Source: Candidatus Eiseniibacteriota bacterium (GTDB taxonomy: Bacteria; Eisenbacteria; RBG-16-71-46). From it: a stretch of DNA of 64,000 nucleotides. Position numbers and translations under genes: made by a program. The stretch is taken from positions 28,073 through 92,072 of the forward strand of contig JAXLXR010000015.1 of assembly GCA_046327815.1 (NCBI GenBank), written 5' to 3'. Below the pieces are notes generated by a model, which ran no database searches, had not been told where the DNA came from, and was given only the letters and a program-made list of their open reading frames with translations. Positions 28,536 to 39,320 of the stretch are shown piece by piece. The stretch's first letter is position 1. The number at the start of each line of letters is the position of its first letter.

Positions 28536-31256
28536 TCAGCGCCGCGGCATGAGCGAGCGGAAGTTGGTCACGACCTCGAGCTTCGTTCCACTCGCCACCA
28601 TGGCCGTGCGCCGCACGGCCAGGAAGCGCTCCCCGGACGCGTCCACGTCCCAGGTGCAGTTCTCGGGATTCTGTGAGGACAGGGGCAGCGCGAACAGCGC
28701 CTTCGGCATGCCGGCATGGAAGCTCGTGCCGGCGTCGATGTCCACCGACATGACGTGCCCGTCGCTGGCCTCGAACAGCAGTTCCCGGCCGCCCTTGGTC
28801 CAGCGGGGCTGCATCGAGCGGGGCGAGCCCACCAGCCAGCGGCCGGGCTCCCCGCCCAGCGAAGTGACGTAGATCGCGAAGTTCGACGACTGGCCTTCGA
28901 CCGACGCCACGAAGCGGCCGTCGGGCGACACCACCGCGTGCCCGCGCATCGAGGTGCTGTCCACCAGTGCGCGGACCAGCGGCGGGTTCGCGTTCATGTC
29001 GATCCGCCAACCGACGTAGCGGCTCGTCTCGTGGGCGAGGATCGTGTTGCTGCCCGCGTGCCACTGAGTCAGGTAGTAGCCGCGCGAGTCCAGCACGAGC
29101 GAATCCTGCTGCCCCATGCCGTCCGCCGGGGCCGTGCGGAGCACGGTGGGCCTGCCGGGAACGACCTGCGTGTACGCGAAGCGGCGGCCGTCGGGCGACC
29201 AGACGGGCCTGAGCGCCGATCCGCCGGTGAACGAAAGCTGCGTCTCGGCCGAGCGCGCCAGGTCGAGCAGCGCGATCTCGCCGCCGGAGTTGAGGGACGA
29301 GGCGCGGCGTTCGACCAGCACGCGCTCGCCGTCCGGCGAGAGCCGCGGGTTCGCGAACACTCCGGACGCGAGCGGCGTGTCCGGAGTGGTGTGCCCCTGC
29401 CGATCGAGCCGGACGAGCTGGAGGTTGTCCGTGCCGGTGTCCGAGATCAGCGCCAGCGAGCCGTCGCGCGCGGTGGAGAAGTGCCCGCGCGCCGCCCCGA
29501 TGCGCAGGCGGTCCACGAGCGTGACGCGATCGCCCACGAGCTTGCCGGCACGCAGGTCGAGTTTCTGCGCCACGAGGCTGTTGCCGCGCACGTAGGCGAT
29601 CCAGCCTTCCCCGAGGTACTCCGCGCGGCCATTCACGTCGGCGAGGTACCTCGATTCGAGCGAGCCGAGCTTGCCGAGTCGCAGGTGGCCTTCCTCCGGC
29701 GACACCACACCCTCGAACAGGAAGTGCTCGCCGTCGGGCAGGAAGCTGGGCCAGGCCGCGCCGATCTCGTGCCTCGCGCGATCGATGGTCGAGGCAGGCG
29801 CCAGTTCACCGCCCCGCGCCGACACGACGCGCAACGAGTCGGTGGACGCGCCGTCGAGCAGGATCATGCCCTTCGTGCTCCACGAGAGGTCGGCGCCGCC
29901 GGGGGCGGGACACACGAGATCGGGCACGCCGCCGGCGACCGGCAGGCGGAACAGCCGGCCGTCGCGCGTGAACGCGATGTCGTGCCCGTCGGGCGACCAC
30001 ACGAATCGATTCGCGCCCTCGGCTCCGGGAATCGGGTGCGCGTCGGGCTCACCGAAGCGCTGCAGGTAGGGGATGTTGCGGTTCGCCGAGTCGCGCGTGG
30101 TGAACGCGATCGCGCGCCCGTCGGGCGACAGCCGCGGCCAGTAGGACTCGACCGCGCCGGGGACCGCCGACGGCACGGCGAAGCGATAGACGGGTGGAGC
30201 GGCGGTGAGCTTCGGCCACGCCCACGCACCGAACCCGAGCAGCGCCGCCGCGAAGACGCCCGCGACGATCCAGCCCGCGCGGCCGCCGCGCGCCGCGGCC
30301 GTGCGCACGACCGGCTGCGCCTGCACCGCCGACAGCGTGCTCACCGGCGCCATGCCGAGCCCCTCGGCCAGCCACTGCAGCTGCAGCTTGGCGTCGTGCG
30401 CGGTCTGGATGCGCTCCTCGGGATCCTTCGCGAGGCACGCGCGCACGAGCTTGTCGAGACCGGCGGGCGGCGCGCTCGGGAGCCCCGACGCCGAGATGCT
30501 CTCGCCGATCGGCGCGGGTTCGCGCTCGAGAATGGCGGCGATCAGCGACGCCTGGCTGCGGCCTTCGAACGCGCGGCGGCCGGTGGCCATTTCGTACAGC
30601 ACGCAGCCGAACGCCCAGAGGTCGCTGCGCGTGTCGGCCTCGCGGCCCTCGAGCTGCTCGGGCGACATGTACTGGAACGTGCCGACGATCGCGCCCTCGA
30701 CCGTGAGCGGCGACGCCACCGTCGGGTGCTGCGTGAGGGCGCCCATCGTGGCGCCGCTGGCGCTGACCGGTCCCGCGCCGGCGACCGCGCGCGCGAGCCC
30801 GAAGTCCATGAGCTTCGCGCCCGAGCGCGTCACCATGACGTTGCCGGGCTTCAGGTCGCGGTGTACCACGCCCGCGCGGTGCGCGCGATCGAGCGCGTCG
30901 GCGATCTGCACGCCGAAGCGCACCAGTTCGGCCGCCGCCAGCGGGCCGCGGCGCAGGCGCTCGGCGAGCGTCTCGCCTTCGACCAGTTCCATCACGAGGT
31001 AGTCGGTCTCGCCCTCGCGCCCGACGTCGAACAACGTGCAGATGTTCGGGTGGTTGAGCCCCGAGACGGTCTTCGCCTCGCGCTCGAAGCGCGCGCGCAC
31101 TTCGGCGTTCGCCGAAAGGTGCGCGGGCAGCACCTTGATCGCGACCTCGCGGCCGAGCCGCGTGTCGCGCGCGCGATAGACCTCGCCCATGCCGCCCGCG
31201 CCGAGCGGGGCGACGATTTCGTAGGGACCGAGCCGGGTGCCGGGTTCGAGCGTCAT
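28536..31256 (-). CDS. Ser/Thr protein kinase (Hanks-type) with a TM helix and a C-terminal TolB/PD40-type beta-propeller ectodomain
   Basis: Start MTLEPGTRLGPYEIVAPLGAGGMGEVYRARD at 31256, making an ATGA overlap with the upstream kinase. VAIK, HRDLKPGNV, DFGLA, SPEQ motifs. TM segment AGWIVAGVFAAALLGFGAWAW. The C-terminal ~500 aa are PD40/TolB-like propeller repeats (SPDG...R.AF motifs). Confidence 0.9.
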   Translation of the reverse strand: MTLEPGTRLGPYEIVAPLGAGGMGEVYRARDTRLGREVAIKVLPAHLSANAEVRARFEREAKTVSGLNHPNICTLFDVGREGETDYLVMELVEGETLAERLRRGPLAAAELVRFGVQIADALDRAHRAGVVHRDLKPGNVMVTRSGAKLMDFGLARAVAGAGPVSASGATMGALTQHPTVASPLTVEGAIVGTFQYMSPEQLEGREADTRSDLWAFGCVLYEMATGRRAFEGRSQASLIAAILEREPAPIGESISASGLPSAPPAGLDKLVRACLAKDPEERIQTAHDAKLQLQWLAEGLGMAPVSTLSAVQAQPVVRTAAARGGRAGWIVAGVFAAALLGFGAWAWPKLTAAPPVYRFAVPSAVPGAVESYWPRLSPDGRAIAFTTRDSANRNIPYLQRFGEPDAHPIPGAEGANRFVWSPDGHDIAFTRDGRLFRLPVAGGVPDLVCPAPGGADLSWSTKGMILLDGASTDSLRVVSARGGELAPASTIDRARHEIGAAWPSFLPDGEHFLFEGVVSPEEGHLRLGKLGSLESRYLADVNGRAEYLGEGWIAYVRGNSLVAQKLDLRAGKLVGDRVTLVDRLRIGAARGHFSTARDGSLALISDTGTDNLQLVRLDRQGHTTPDTPLASGVFANPRLSPDGERVLVERRASSLNSGGEIALLDLARSAETQLSFTGGSALRPVWSPDGRRFAYTQVVPGRPTVLRTAPADGMGQQDSLVLDSRGYYLTQWHAGSNTILAHETSRYVGWRIDMNANPPLVRALVDSTSMRGHAVVSPDGRFVASVEGQSSNFAIYVTSLGGEPGRWLVGSPRSMQPRWTKGGRELLFEASDGHVMSVDIDAGTSFHAGMPKALFALPLSSQNPENCTWDVDASGERFLAVRRTAMVASGTKLEVVTNFRSLMPRR

Positions 31257-33934
31257 TTCCTCTCCGTCTTCTCGTTCTGCCATCCGGTGACCACGGTGAG
31301 ACTGCGCTGGTAGGAGCCTTCCGGCGCCAGCGCGAGCATGCGACCGTCGGCGAGCAGGCACACCGCGCTCACTTCACGCGGAATCGTGCACACGACGCGC
31401 GGCGCTCCGACCGACGGCGAGGGCGTGAGGTTCACGTCCACCGCCATGAGCTGGTAGCCGTCACCACCGACGTAATACAGGCGGCGATCGTCGGCGCGCC
31501 ACGCCACCGCCGCCAGCGGCCCTTGCAGCGTCGAGTTCGCGGGACCGACCCGCACGGCCTGCGTGTGCGCCGGGAAGCCGTCCACGTACAGCTCGTTCCG
31601 TCCCGAGGCGTCGCTCACGTACGCGAGCGCGCGTCCGTCGTGCGACAGCGTGGACATGCTCTCGGCGGCCTTCGTCGCGAGCCACGGCACGGGCCGGGCG
31701 CCCGGCTTCCACGGGAGCACCTGGATGTCCATGCGCGCGCCCTCGGTGGTCGCGTCCATCACGAGCGTGCCGCCGTCGGGCGTCCAGCTCGACCCCACGC
31801 GCCAGACGTTGTCACCCAGCTCGACGCTGCTGTCGGCGCCGGACGCGGGGTCCAGCTGCCGCACGCCCGAGATCGTCGCGCCGACGAGGCGGTTGCCCGC
31901 GGGCGTCCAGATCGGGAACTGCACGCCCTTGCCGGACGGAGCGACCTGCGCCACTTCGCCCGTCTCGAGATCGCCGATCCAGTTGGCGAAGTTGTTCGCG
32001 TCCGTCACGGCGATCGCGATACGCCGGCCGTCGGGCGAGAGTGCGCACACGCCCGAAGGAATCGGGAAGCGCACGCGCGTCGGGGTGAGCCGGCCGTCGT
32101 CCTCGACCCAGCTCACGCCCGAAGGACGCTGGTCGCGCGACACGTACACCAGCCGGCCGTCGAGTGAACTGCTCACGGGGGGAGCCAGCTGGACGCCGCC
32201 CTGCAGCTCCGGCTGGTCCTCGAGCAGCCGCGGCTCGCCGATCGGCCGGCACGCGCGCAGGTCCACGCGTTGCACGAGCAGCGCGCGGTCGCGCGTGAAC
32301 ACGACGAGGTCGGGCGCCGCGAACGCCACCGCGTTGCTGCTCTCCAGGAGCGCGCGGGTCGGCGCGCCGTCGGCCGTCCCCATGCGGATCTCGGCGGTCT
32401 GGCCGCTGGTCACGCTGTTGACCGCGAAAAGGAAGTGTTTGCCGTCGGGAAGGAACACGGGGAAGCGGTGTGACATGTCGCCCCGCGCGGTGTTCGGCCA
32501 CGTGACCTGGCGCGGCGCGCCGCCCGCCGCGGCGACCACCCAGAGTCCGCCGCGCGCGTCGGGCGCGAAGACGATCCGGCCTTCCGCGCCCCAGGCGCCA
32601 CCGCGGCCGTTCGACGCCTCGCACACCGTCAGCACGGCGCCACCGGCCGCGGCGATCTTACGCAGCCGGCCGTCGGAAAAGAACCCGACCTGTCGCGAGT
32701 CGGGCGACCAGAACGGCCACGTCGCGCCCTCGGTGCCGTCGAGCCGCCGCGCTTCGGTGTCACCGAGACCGCGCACGTAGAGGCGCACGGTGCTCGAGCT
32801 GTCGCTCATGGAGAACACGAGCGTGCGGCCGTCCGGCGAAATCGCGTACGAGCCGATGTCGCCGAGCTCGCCGTCCTGCTCCGTGGGAAGCAGCGAGAGC
32901 CGCGTGACGTCGCCGTCGTTCGCGGAACGGCGCAGTGGCAGGAGCACGCCCAGGGCGAGACCGGCGAGCGCGACGGCGACGAGCGCGAGTCCGTGGCGCC
33001 AGCCGGCTCGGCGTGGCGCCGGCGCGCTCGCGGGCGCGGTCGCCTCGGGCGCGAAGCCGGCGGGCTCGGCGGGCGCCATCCCGCTCGCGAGCACGATGCG
33101 CGCCTCGCCGATGTCGCGCAGGCGCGCGCGCGCGTCCTTGGTGAGGCAGCGCTTGAGCAGCGCCTTGACGTGCGCCGGTGTGTTGGCCGGCAACGCGCTC
33201 CACTCGGGGTCGCGCTCGAGGATACGCGCGACCATGTCGCTCACGGTCTCGCCCTCGATCATGCGCCTGCCGCAGAGGCACTCGTACAGCACGCAACCGA
33301 ACGACCAGATGTCCGTGCGGCGGTCCACGTGCTTGCCGCGCGCCTGCTCGGGGCTCATGTAGGCGGCGGTGCCGAGGATCACGCCGACTCCGGTCGCCGC
33401 GTAGGTCATGGTCGGCGACGCGCTCAGGTCGCCAGCGGGCGCCGCGCCGTCGGGGGCACTGGACTTCGCGAGCCCGAAGTCGAGCACCTTCACCGTGCCG
33501 TCGCTCTTCAGCATGACGTTGCCGGGCTTGAGGTCGCGGTGGATCACCCCGGCCTCGTGCGCCGCTTCGAGCGCGGTCGCGATTTGGGCGCACACCTCGA
33601 GCGCCTCGCCGGCCGGCAGCGCTCCGCGCGAAAGTCGCATCTGCAGCGTCTCGCCTTCGATGAACTCGAGCACGAGGTGACGCCGGCCCTCGACCACCTC
33701 GAGCCCGAAGATGCTGCCGATGTTCGTGTGCTGCAGCGAAGCGAGCAGCTTGGCCTCGCGCTCGAAGCGCGCGACGCGCTCGGCGTCGTTCTCGAAGCCC
33801 TCGGGCAGCGCCTTGATCGCCACGTCGCGGCCGAGGCGTGTGTCGCGCGCGCGGTACACCTCGCCCATGCCGCCCGCGCCGAGCGGGGCGACGATTTCGT
33901 AGGGACCGAGCCGGGTGCCGGGTTCGAGCGTCAC
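31253..33934 (-). CDS. Ser/Thr protein kinase with a TM helix and a C-terminal TolB/PD40-type beta-propeller ectodomain
   Basis: GTG start (GTGA overlap with the upstream gene). MTLEPGTRLGPYEIVAPLGAGGMGEVYRARDTRLGRDVAIKAL, HRDLKPGNVM, DFGLAK. TM segment GLALVAVALAGLALGVLLPL. Propeller repeats (SPDGR..A, SPDSR..GF). Confidence 0.9.
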   Translation of the reverse strand: MTLEPGTRLGPYEIVAPLGAGGMGEVYRARDTRLGRDVAIKALPEGFENDAERVARFEREAKLLASLQHTNIGSIFGLEVVEGRRHLVLEFIEGETLQMRLSRGALPAGEALEVCAQIATALEAAHEAGVIHRDLKPGNVMLKSDGTVKVLDFGLAKSSAPDGAAPAGDLSASPTMTYAATGVGVILGTAAYMSPEQARGKHVDRRTDIWSFGCVLYECLCGRRMIEGETVSDMVARILERDPEWSALPANTPAHVKALLKRCLTKDARARLRDIGEARIVLASGMAPAEPAGFAPEATAPASAPAPRRAGWRHGLALVAVALAGLALGVLLPLRRSANDGDVTRLSLLPTEQDGELGDIGSYAISPDGRTLVFSMSDSSSTVRLYVRGLGDTEARRLDGTEGATWPFWSPDSRQVGFFSDGRLRKIAAAGGAVLTVCEASNGRGGAWGAEGRIVFAPDARGGLWVVAAAGGAPRQVTWPNTARGDMSHRFPVFLPDGKHFLFAVNSVTSGQTAEIRMGTADGAPTRALLESSNAVAFAAPDLVVFTRDRALLVQRVDLRACRPIGEPRLLEDQPELQGGVQLAPPVSSSLDGRLVYVSRDQRPSGVSWVEDDGRLTPTRVRFPIPSGVCALSPDGRRIAIAVTDANNFANWIGDLETGEVAQVAPSGKGVQFPIWTPAGNRLVGATISGVRQLDPASGADSSVELGDNVWRVGSSWTPDGGTLVMDATTEGARMDIQVLPWKPGARPVPWLATKAAESMSTLSHDGRALAYVSDASGRNELYVDGFPAHTQAVRVGPANSTLQGPLAAVAWRADDRRLYYVGGDGYQLMAVDVNLTPSPSVGAPRVVCTIPREVSAVCLLADGRMLALAPEGSYQRSLTVVTGWQNEKTERK

Positions 33935-36630
33935 TTGCGCATCAGTCCTTCCCAGTGCTGGACCAGCAGGATCGCCGTACCGTTGGAGGGATCCTTGTCG
34001 CGAGCGACGAGGAAGCGCTCGCCGTCAGCGGTCGTGAGGCTGTTGAACCCCGAAGGGACTTCGAACAGCCGCGCGGGCGTGCCCGCACGCGGGCCATTCG
34101 CGCCGAGTTCGAGGGGTACGCTCATGACGCGGTACTCGGCGTCCACGTAGATGAGCTCGTCGCCGCCGCGTCCCCAGAAGAGGAAATCGTCCTTCAACGC
34201 CGCGCCCGAGAAGACCTGGAACCGCTGCCCGGGCCGCGGCCACGAATCCACGATCAGGTCCAGGCGGCCCTGGGCACGCCCCATGTACGCGACCCAGCGG
34301 CCATCGGCGGACAGTGCGCTCCGGCGCTCGAGGAACGCCGAGTCCGTGTAGCGCTCGGGCTCGGCCCCGGCGGCCGGAACGCGCCACAGGTCCCAACTGC
34401 TCTGCGCCCCGGTGCCGGACGCGACGAGCGCCGAGACGAGCAACGAGCCGTCCGGCGCCCAACCGGCGGCTTCCTGGAACACGGCGCCCTTCACGCCCGA
34501 GGCTTCGCGCGCGCCGCCGCCTCCGACGTTCATGAGCACGACGTCCTCGCGCCCGTCCTGCTTCGCCGTGGCCGCCACGCGGCGACCGTCGGGCGAGAAC
34601 ACCGCCATCTCGACCGGATCCACGTGGTCGAGCAGGCGCGTCGGCACGCCGCGCTCGAGGTCCACCTGCCAGAGCGCCGAGTTCCCGGTCACGAGCGCCG
34701 TGCGCCCGTCCTGCGACACCGAACGCACGATCCAGTCCGACTCCGGAACCGGCACCGTCCCCACCGGAGCGCCCCGGCGATCGAGCCACTCGAGCCGCGA
34801 AATCGGCGTCGGCAGCCAGGGCAGTACCAGCTTGCCGTCCGCCGATGCGCTCGCGGGTAGTTCGCCGTCCATGTCGCCCGGCGGGGAGGCGTCGCCGATG
34901 GTGACGGGAGCGCCGCGAGTCTTCAACGCGCGCAGGTCGAAGTCCTGCGCCATGAGCTTGCCGCCACGCACGAAGAGCAGCCGGCCCGAAGGCGTGCAGA
35001 GCGCGCCGCTCTCGGCGCGCAGCACTTCGTGGGAGCTCGTCGAGCGGATCGAGCCCACGTGGATCGGAAAGCCCTCCGGCCCCGCCGGCAGCACCGTGAA
35101 GAGGAAGTGTTCGCCGTCCGGCAGGAAGCTCGGGAAGCGGTGCGAGACTTCGCCGCGGGTGGAATCGAGCACCGTCGCCGGCCTCACGGCCCCACCGTTC
35201 GCGGCGACCTGCGAGAGTCCGCCCGTCGGAGTGGGCGCGAACACGATCACACCCTGCTTGCCCCACGTCAGGCCGCGCGGGTCCACGAACGGGCACAGCC
35301 GCGCCGGCGCCCCGCCCGCGACCGAGACGGTCGAGACCAGCTTCTGGCGCGTGTCGAAGTACGCGAGCGAGCGACCGTCCGGAGACCAGCAGGGCTGCAT
35401 GCCCCCCGCCGTCTGCGGCAGCGCCGAGGGCGCCACGCGCTCGAGCGGCAACAGCCAGAGCTGCTGCAGGGTGGCCTCGTCGCTCGCGGACACCGCGACG
35501 ACCGTGCGTCCGTCCGGCGAGATCGCTCCGACGGTCCAGTAGTCCGGAAGGCGCATGCCCTTGGGCAGCGGCACCTGCGTGGTCGTCGTCGCCTCGGGCG
35601 CGCGGAACCACCGCGAGCCCACGAGCGCGCCAGCCGCGAGCGCCAGCAACGCGAGCGCGGGCAGCACCCACGCGGGCGCGCCGGCGCGGCGCGCGCCGGC
35701 GGCGACCGAAGCAGCGCCCGCCGCGCTCACACCCGACGCCACTTGCGAACCCGCTTCACCCATCCACCCCAGCTGCAGCCTCACGTCGTGCGCGGTCTGG
35801 ATGCGGTCGTCGGCGTCCTTGGCGAGCAGCGCGTTCACCAGCCGCTCGAGCGCAGGCGGGCTCATCGGCGCGAGCGAGACGAGCGGCGCGGGCTGGCTGC
35901 CCATGATCGCGGTGATCAGCGAGGCCTGGCTGCGGCCCTCGAACGCACGCCGGCCGGTGGCCATTTCGTACAGCACGCAGCCCAGCGCCCAGAGGTCGCT
36001 GCGGGTGTCGGCCTCGCGGCCCTCGAGCTGCTCGGGCGACATGTACTGGAACGTGCCGACGATCGCGCCTTCGGCCGTCAGTGGCGACGCCACCGTCGGG
36101 TGCTGCGTGAGCGCGGCCATGGTGGCGCCGCTGCCGCTCACCGGGCCGGCGGCCGCCGTCGCGCGCGCGAGCCCGAAGTCCATGAGCTTCGCGCCCGAGC
36201 GCGTCACCATGACGTTGCCGGGCTTCAGGTCTCGATGCACCACGCCCGCGCGATGCGCGCGGTCGAGCGCGTCGGCGATCTGCGCGCCCAGCCGCAGCAC
36301 GTCCGCGATCGGCAGCGCGCCCTTGAGCAGCCGCTGCGAGAGCGTCTCGCCCTCGACCAGCTCCATCACGAGGTAGTCGGTCTCGCCCTCGCGGCCGACG
36401 TCGAACAGCGTGCAGATGTTCGGGTGGTTGAGCGAGCTGACCGTCCTCGCTTCGCGTTCGAAGCGCGCGCGCACCTCGGCGTTCGCCGAGAGGTGCTGCG
36501 GCAGCACCTTGATCGCCACGTCGCGGCCGAGCCTCGTGTCGCGCGCGCGGTACACCTCGCCCATGCCGCCCGCGCCGAGCGGGGCGACGATCTCGTAGGG
36601 ACCGAGCTTCGTGCCGGGCGCGAGCGTCAC
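33931..36630 (-). CDS. Ser/Thr protein kinase with a TM helix and a C-terminal TolB/PD40-type beta-propeller ectodomain
   Basis: GTG start VTLAPGTKLGPYEIVAPLGAGGMGEVYRARD at 36630 (GTGA overlap). The track's 117-aa N-terminal extension is rejected as R/P/A low-complexity. Kinase motifs conserved. TM PAWVLPALALLALAAGALVG. Confidence 0.85.
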   Translation of the reverse strand: MTLAPGTKLGPYEIVAPLGAGGMGEVYRARDTRLGRDVAIKVLPQHLSANAEVRARFEREARTVSSLNHPNICTLFDVGREGETDYLVMELVEGETLSQRLLKGALPIADVLRLGAQIADALDRAHRAGVVHRDLKPGNVMVTRSGAKLMDFGLARATAAAGPVSGSGATMAALTQHPTVASPLTAEGAIVGTFQYMSPEQLEGREADTRSDLWALGCVLYEMATGRRAFEGRSQASLITAIMGSQPAPLVSLAPMSPPALERLVNALLAKDADDRIQTAHDVRLQLGWMGEAGSQVASGVSAAGAASVAAGARRAGAPAWVLPALALLALAAGALVGSRWFRAPEATTTTQVPLPKGMRLPDYWTVGAISPDGRTVVAVSASDEATLQQLWLLPLERVAPSALPQTAGGMQPCWSPDGRSLAYFDTRQKLVSTVSVAGGAPARLCPFVDPRGLTWGKQGVIVFAPTPTGGLSQVAANGGAVRPATVLDSTRGEVSHRFPSFLPDGEHFLFTVLPAGPEGFPIHVGSIRSTSSHEVLRAESGALCTPSGRLLFVRGGKLMAQDFDLRALKTRGAPVTIGDASPPGDMDGELPASASADGKLVLPWLPTPISRLEWLDRRGAPVGTVPVPESDWIVRSVSQDGRTALVTGNSALWQVDLERGVPTRLLDHVDPVEMAVFSPDGRRVAATAKQDGREDVVLMNVGGGGAREASGVKGAVFQEAAGWAPDGSLLVSALVASGTGAQSSWDLWRVPAAGAEPERYTDSAFLERRSALSADGRWVAYMGRAQGRLDLIVDSWPRPGQRFQVFSGAALKDDFLFWGRGGDELIYVDAEYRVMSVPLELGANGPRAGTPARLFEVPSGFNSLTTADGERFLVARDKDPSNGTAILLVQHWEGLMRK

Positions 36631-39320
36631 TTGCCCGTCTCCAGCATGCGCGGCCAGTTCGCCAGCAGCGTGGCGACCGAGCGGCCCTCCTCCTCGCGCG
36701 TGATCGAGAGCACGAACCGGTTGAAGTCCTTGCCCACGGCGATGTCCGCGACGGCGTTCGCGATCCGGAACAGCGGCCGCGGCGCGCCGAACTGCGGCGG
36801 GTCGCCCGGCGTCACGTCCACGATCATCAGCGTGTGGGCGTCGGGGCCGCAGTACAGGAGCTGGCGGCCGTCGCGCCGCCACACGGGCAGGCCGATGCGG
36901 CTCTGCGCCGCGGGGTCGCACCAGGCGCCACGGCTCACCACGGTGCCGCCGCTCGCCGCTCCCCACGGACGCACGCGGCACTCGTAGGCGCCCGACTCGT
37001 CGGAGACGTAGGCGAACCAGCGGCCGTCGGGAGAAATCGCACCCACGGGCTCGTTGAAGTTCGTGGCCGCCACCGGCCGGATCTTCGCCGAATCGCCGCT
37101 CATGTCCACGAACAGCAGGTCCTGCCGCGTGTCCGTGCCCTGTGAACGCACGAGCACACCGCGGCCGTCCGGGGCGAACTGCAGCGAGGTCGTGAAGCGG
37201 GTCGGGGCGTGCAGCACGAGGCGGGGATTGGCACCCGAGGCCTCCATCACCCAGACGTCCTGGTTGCCGTTGTCCACCGAGCGCGTCATCCCGATCCAGC
37301 GGTCGTCGGGCGAATAGACCGGGTTGTACGTGTCGTGCTCGAGCGTCAGCGGCTGCAGTGCGCCGCGGTCGATCTCACCGCCCCAGAGCTGCGCGTGGCC
37401 CGTCTGCGGGTTCGTGTACTCGAACGCCACATGACGGCCGTCGTGCGACAACACGCCCCGCATGAACGTGCCCTCGGGCGCGGGAATCTCGCCGACCGCA
37501 TGGCCGGCGCCGTCCACGACGGCGAGCCGCTGCGGCAGGTCGCTGGCTGCACGCTGCAGGAGCAGCCCGTTGTCCGACGCCGAGACGATCGGCGAACCGT
37601 TCGCCGACGGCGAGACGGCGCGCAGCCCGGGCACGACGAGCGCAGGCCCGACGAGCCGGAGCGTGCGCAGGTCGAGCCGCTGCGCCTTGACGGCGCCTTC
37701 GCGCGCGGAGATCAGCCAGTCCGGCGCCGCGAACGTGACGCCGGTGGAAGTGAAGGTCGGATACAGCCTCGTGAGCTTCGGCTTGCCGAGTGTGCCGACC
37801 GCGACCTGGTTGTCGCTGTTGCCGAGCACGGCCGTCACGAAGTGCTTCCCGTCGGGCAGGAACTGCGGGAAGCGATGCCCCGCGTCGCCCACGGCGCTGT
37901 CCACCGCGGTCGCCACCTCGGGCGTACCGCCTTCCGGCGAGATGCGCCACAGCGGCCCGAGCGAGCGCGGCTGGTAGAGGATCACGCCACGCCCCCAAGC
38001 GCCGCCGCGCGGCAGCGGCGCGTCGGCGAGCACGCTGACCGCACCGGTCGAGACGTTGACGATCTTGAGCTTGTCGTCCGCGAAGAACCCGACGCGCTTG
38101 CCGTCGGGCGACCAGAACGGGTACGACGGGTTCGCCGTCTGCTCGAGCGCGCGGGCGCCGTCGCGATCGAGGTCGCGCACCCACAGCCGCGCGCCCGAGA
38201 GCGAATCGCTGCCCACGAACACCACGCGGTCGCCCTGCGGCGAGAGCACGACGTCGGTCGCGTTGACGCCGAAGCTGAGCCCGACGGGCGCGGTCAGCTT
38301 GAGCGCCATGGCGAGCCGTTCGGGCTTCGGCAGCAGCCGTGAGAGCGCCAGGCCGAGCGCGAGCACCACGAGCGCGCCCACGGCCAGCGCCCATGCGGGC
38401 AGCCCGCGCCGGGTGGGTGCGGCCGCCGTCGGGGCGGAGCCCTCGCCCGTCTCACCCGCCGCGATCGCGTCGAGTTCGAGCTTCACGTCGCCGATGTCGC
38501 GCTGGCGCAGCTTGGCGTCCTTGGTCAGGCAGCGCCGCAGCAGCGCCACCAGCCGCGGCGGCGTGCCCGCGGGCAGCGCGCTCCACTCGGGATCGCGCTC
38601 GAGGATGCGCGCCACCATGTCGCTCACCGTCTCGCCGTCGTACGCGCGGCGCCCGGTCAGCATCTCGAACAGCACGCAGCCGAACGACCAGATGTCCGTG
38701 CGGCGGTCCACCGCCTTGCCGCGCGCCTGCTCGGGGCTCATGTACGCCGCGGTGCCGAGGATCATGCCCGCCTCGGTGCCGTGGTACGTCATGGTCGGCG
38801 ACGCCGACAGCCTGGGATCGGAGCTCGCGCTGCGCTGCCCACCGCCACCCTTGGCGAGCCCGAAGTCGAGCACCTTCACCACGCCGCCACCCGTCAGCAT
38901 GACGTTGCCGGGCTTCAGGTCGCGATGCACCACGCCGGCTTCGTGCGCGGCCTCGACGCCCGCCGCGACCTGCCGCGCCACGTCGAGCACGTCGGCCAGC
39001 GGCAGCGGGCCGCCGCGCAGCGCGGCTTCGAGCGTCTCGCCGTCCACGAACTCGAGCACCAGGTAGCGCGCGCCGTCCACGTCCTCGATGCCGTGGATGC
39101 CGGCGACGTTCGGGTGGTTGAGCGAGGCGAGCAGCTTGGCCTCGCGCTCGAACCGCGCGAGCCGTTCGGGATCCTGCGCGAACGCCGCCGGCAGCGCCTT
39201 GATCGCCACGTCGCGGCCGAGCCGCGTGTCGCGCGCGCGGTGCACTTCACCCATGCCGCCCGCGCCGAGCGGCGCGACGATTTCGTAGGGTCCGAGTCTG
39301 GTGCCGGGAGCGAGCGTCAT
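36627..39320 (-). CDS. Ser/Thr protein kinase with a TM helix and a C-terminal TolB/PD40-type beta-propeller ectodomain
   Basis: Real start MTLAPGTRLGPYEIVAPLGAGGMGEVHRARD at 39320 (ATGA overlap). The track's ~490-aa upstream extension is rejected. TM LPAWALAVGALVVLALGLALS. The N-terminal ~285 aa are nearly identical to those of the next paralog. Confidence 0.85.
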   Translation of the reverse strand: MTLAPGTRLGPYEIVAPLGAGGMGEVHRARDTRLGRDVAIKALPAAFAQDPERLARFEREAKLLASLNHPNVAGIHGIEDVDGARYLVLEFVDGETLEAALRGGPLPLADVLDVARQVAAGVEAAHEAGVVHRDLKPGNVMLTGGGVVKVLDFGLAKGGGGQRSASSDPRLSASPTMTYHGTEAGMILGTAAYMSPEQARGKAVDRRTDIWSFGCVLFEMLTGRRAYDGETVSDMVARILERDPEWSALPAGTPPRLVALLRRCLTKDAKLRQRDIGDVKLELDAIAAGETGEGSAPTAAAPTRRGLPAWALAVGALVVLALGLALSRLLPKPERLAMALKLTAPVGLSFGVNATDVVLSPQGDRVVFVGSDSLSGARLWVRDLDRDGARALEQTANPSYPFWSPDGKRVGFFADDKLKIVNVSTGAVSVLADAPLPRGGAWGRGVILYQPRSLGPLWRISPEGGTPEVATAVDSAVGDAGHRFPQFLPDGKHFVTAVLGNSDNQVAVGTLGKPKLTRLYPTFTSTGVTFAAPDWLISAREGAVKAQRLDLRTLRLVGPALVVPGLRAVSPSANGSPIVSASDNGLLLQRAASDLPQRLAVVDGAGHAVGEIPAPEGTFMRGVLSHDGRHVAFEYTNPQTGHAQLWGGEIDRGALQPLTLEHDTYNPVYSPDDRWIGMTRSVDNGNQDVWVMEASGANPRLVLHAPTRFTTSLQFAPDGRGVLVRSQGTDTRQDLLFVDMSGDSAKIRPVAATNFNEPVGAISPDGRWFAYVSDESGAYECRVRPWGAASGGTVVSRGAWCDPAAQSRIGLPVWRRDGRQLLYCGPDAHTLMIVDVTPGDPPQFGAPRPLFRIANAVADIAVGKDFNRFVLSITREEEGRSVATLLANWPRMLETGK
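38452..39310 (-). repeat. Copy 1 of an ~859-bp near-identical direct repeat (kinase-domain coding sequence)
   Basis: Aligns with 41124..41982 at a constant offset of 2672 bp. Only about six mismatches were seen by eye, for example gggatcg/ggggtcg, tgtacgcc/tgtatgcc, gccacc/gccgcc twice, ccgttcg/ccgctcg and gatttcg/gagttcg. Confidence 0.8.
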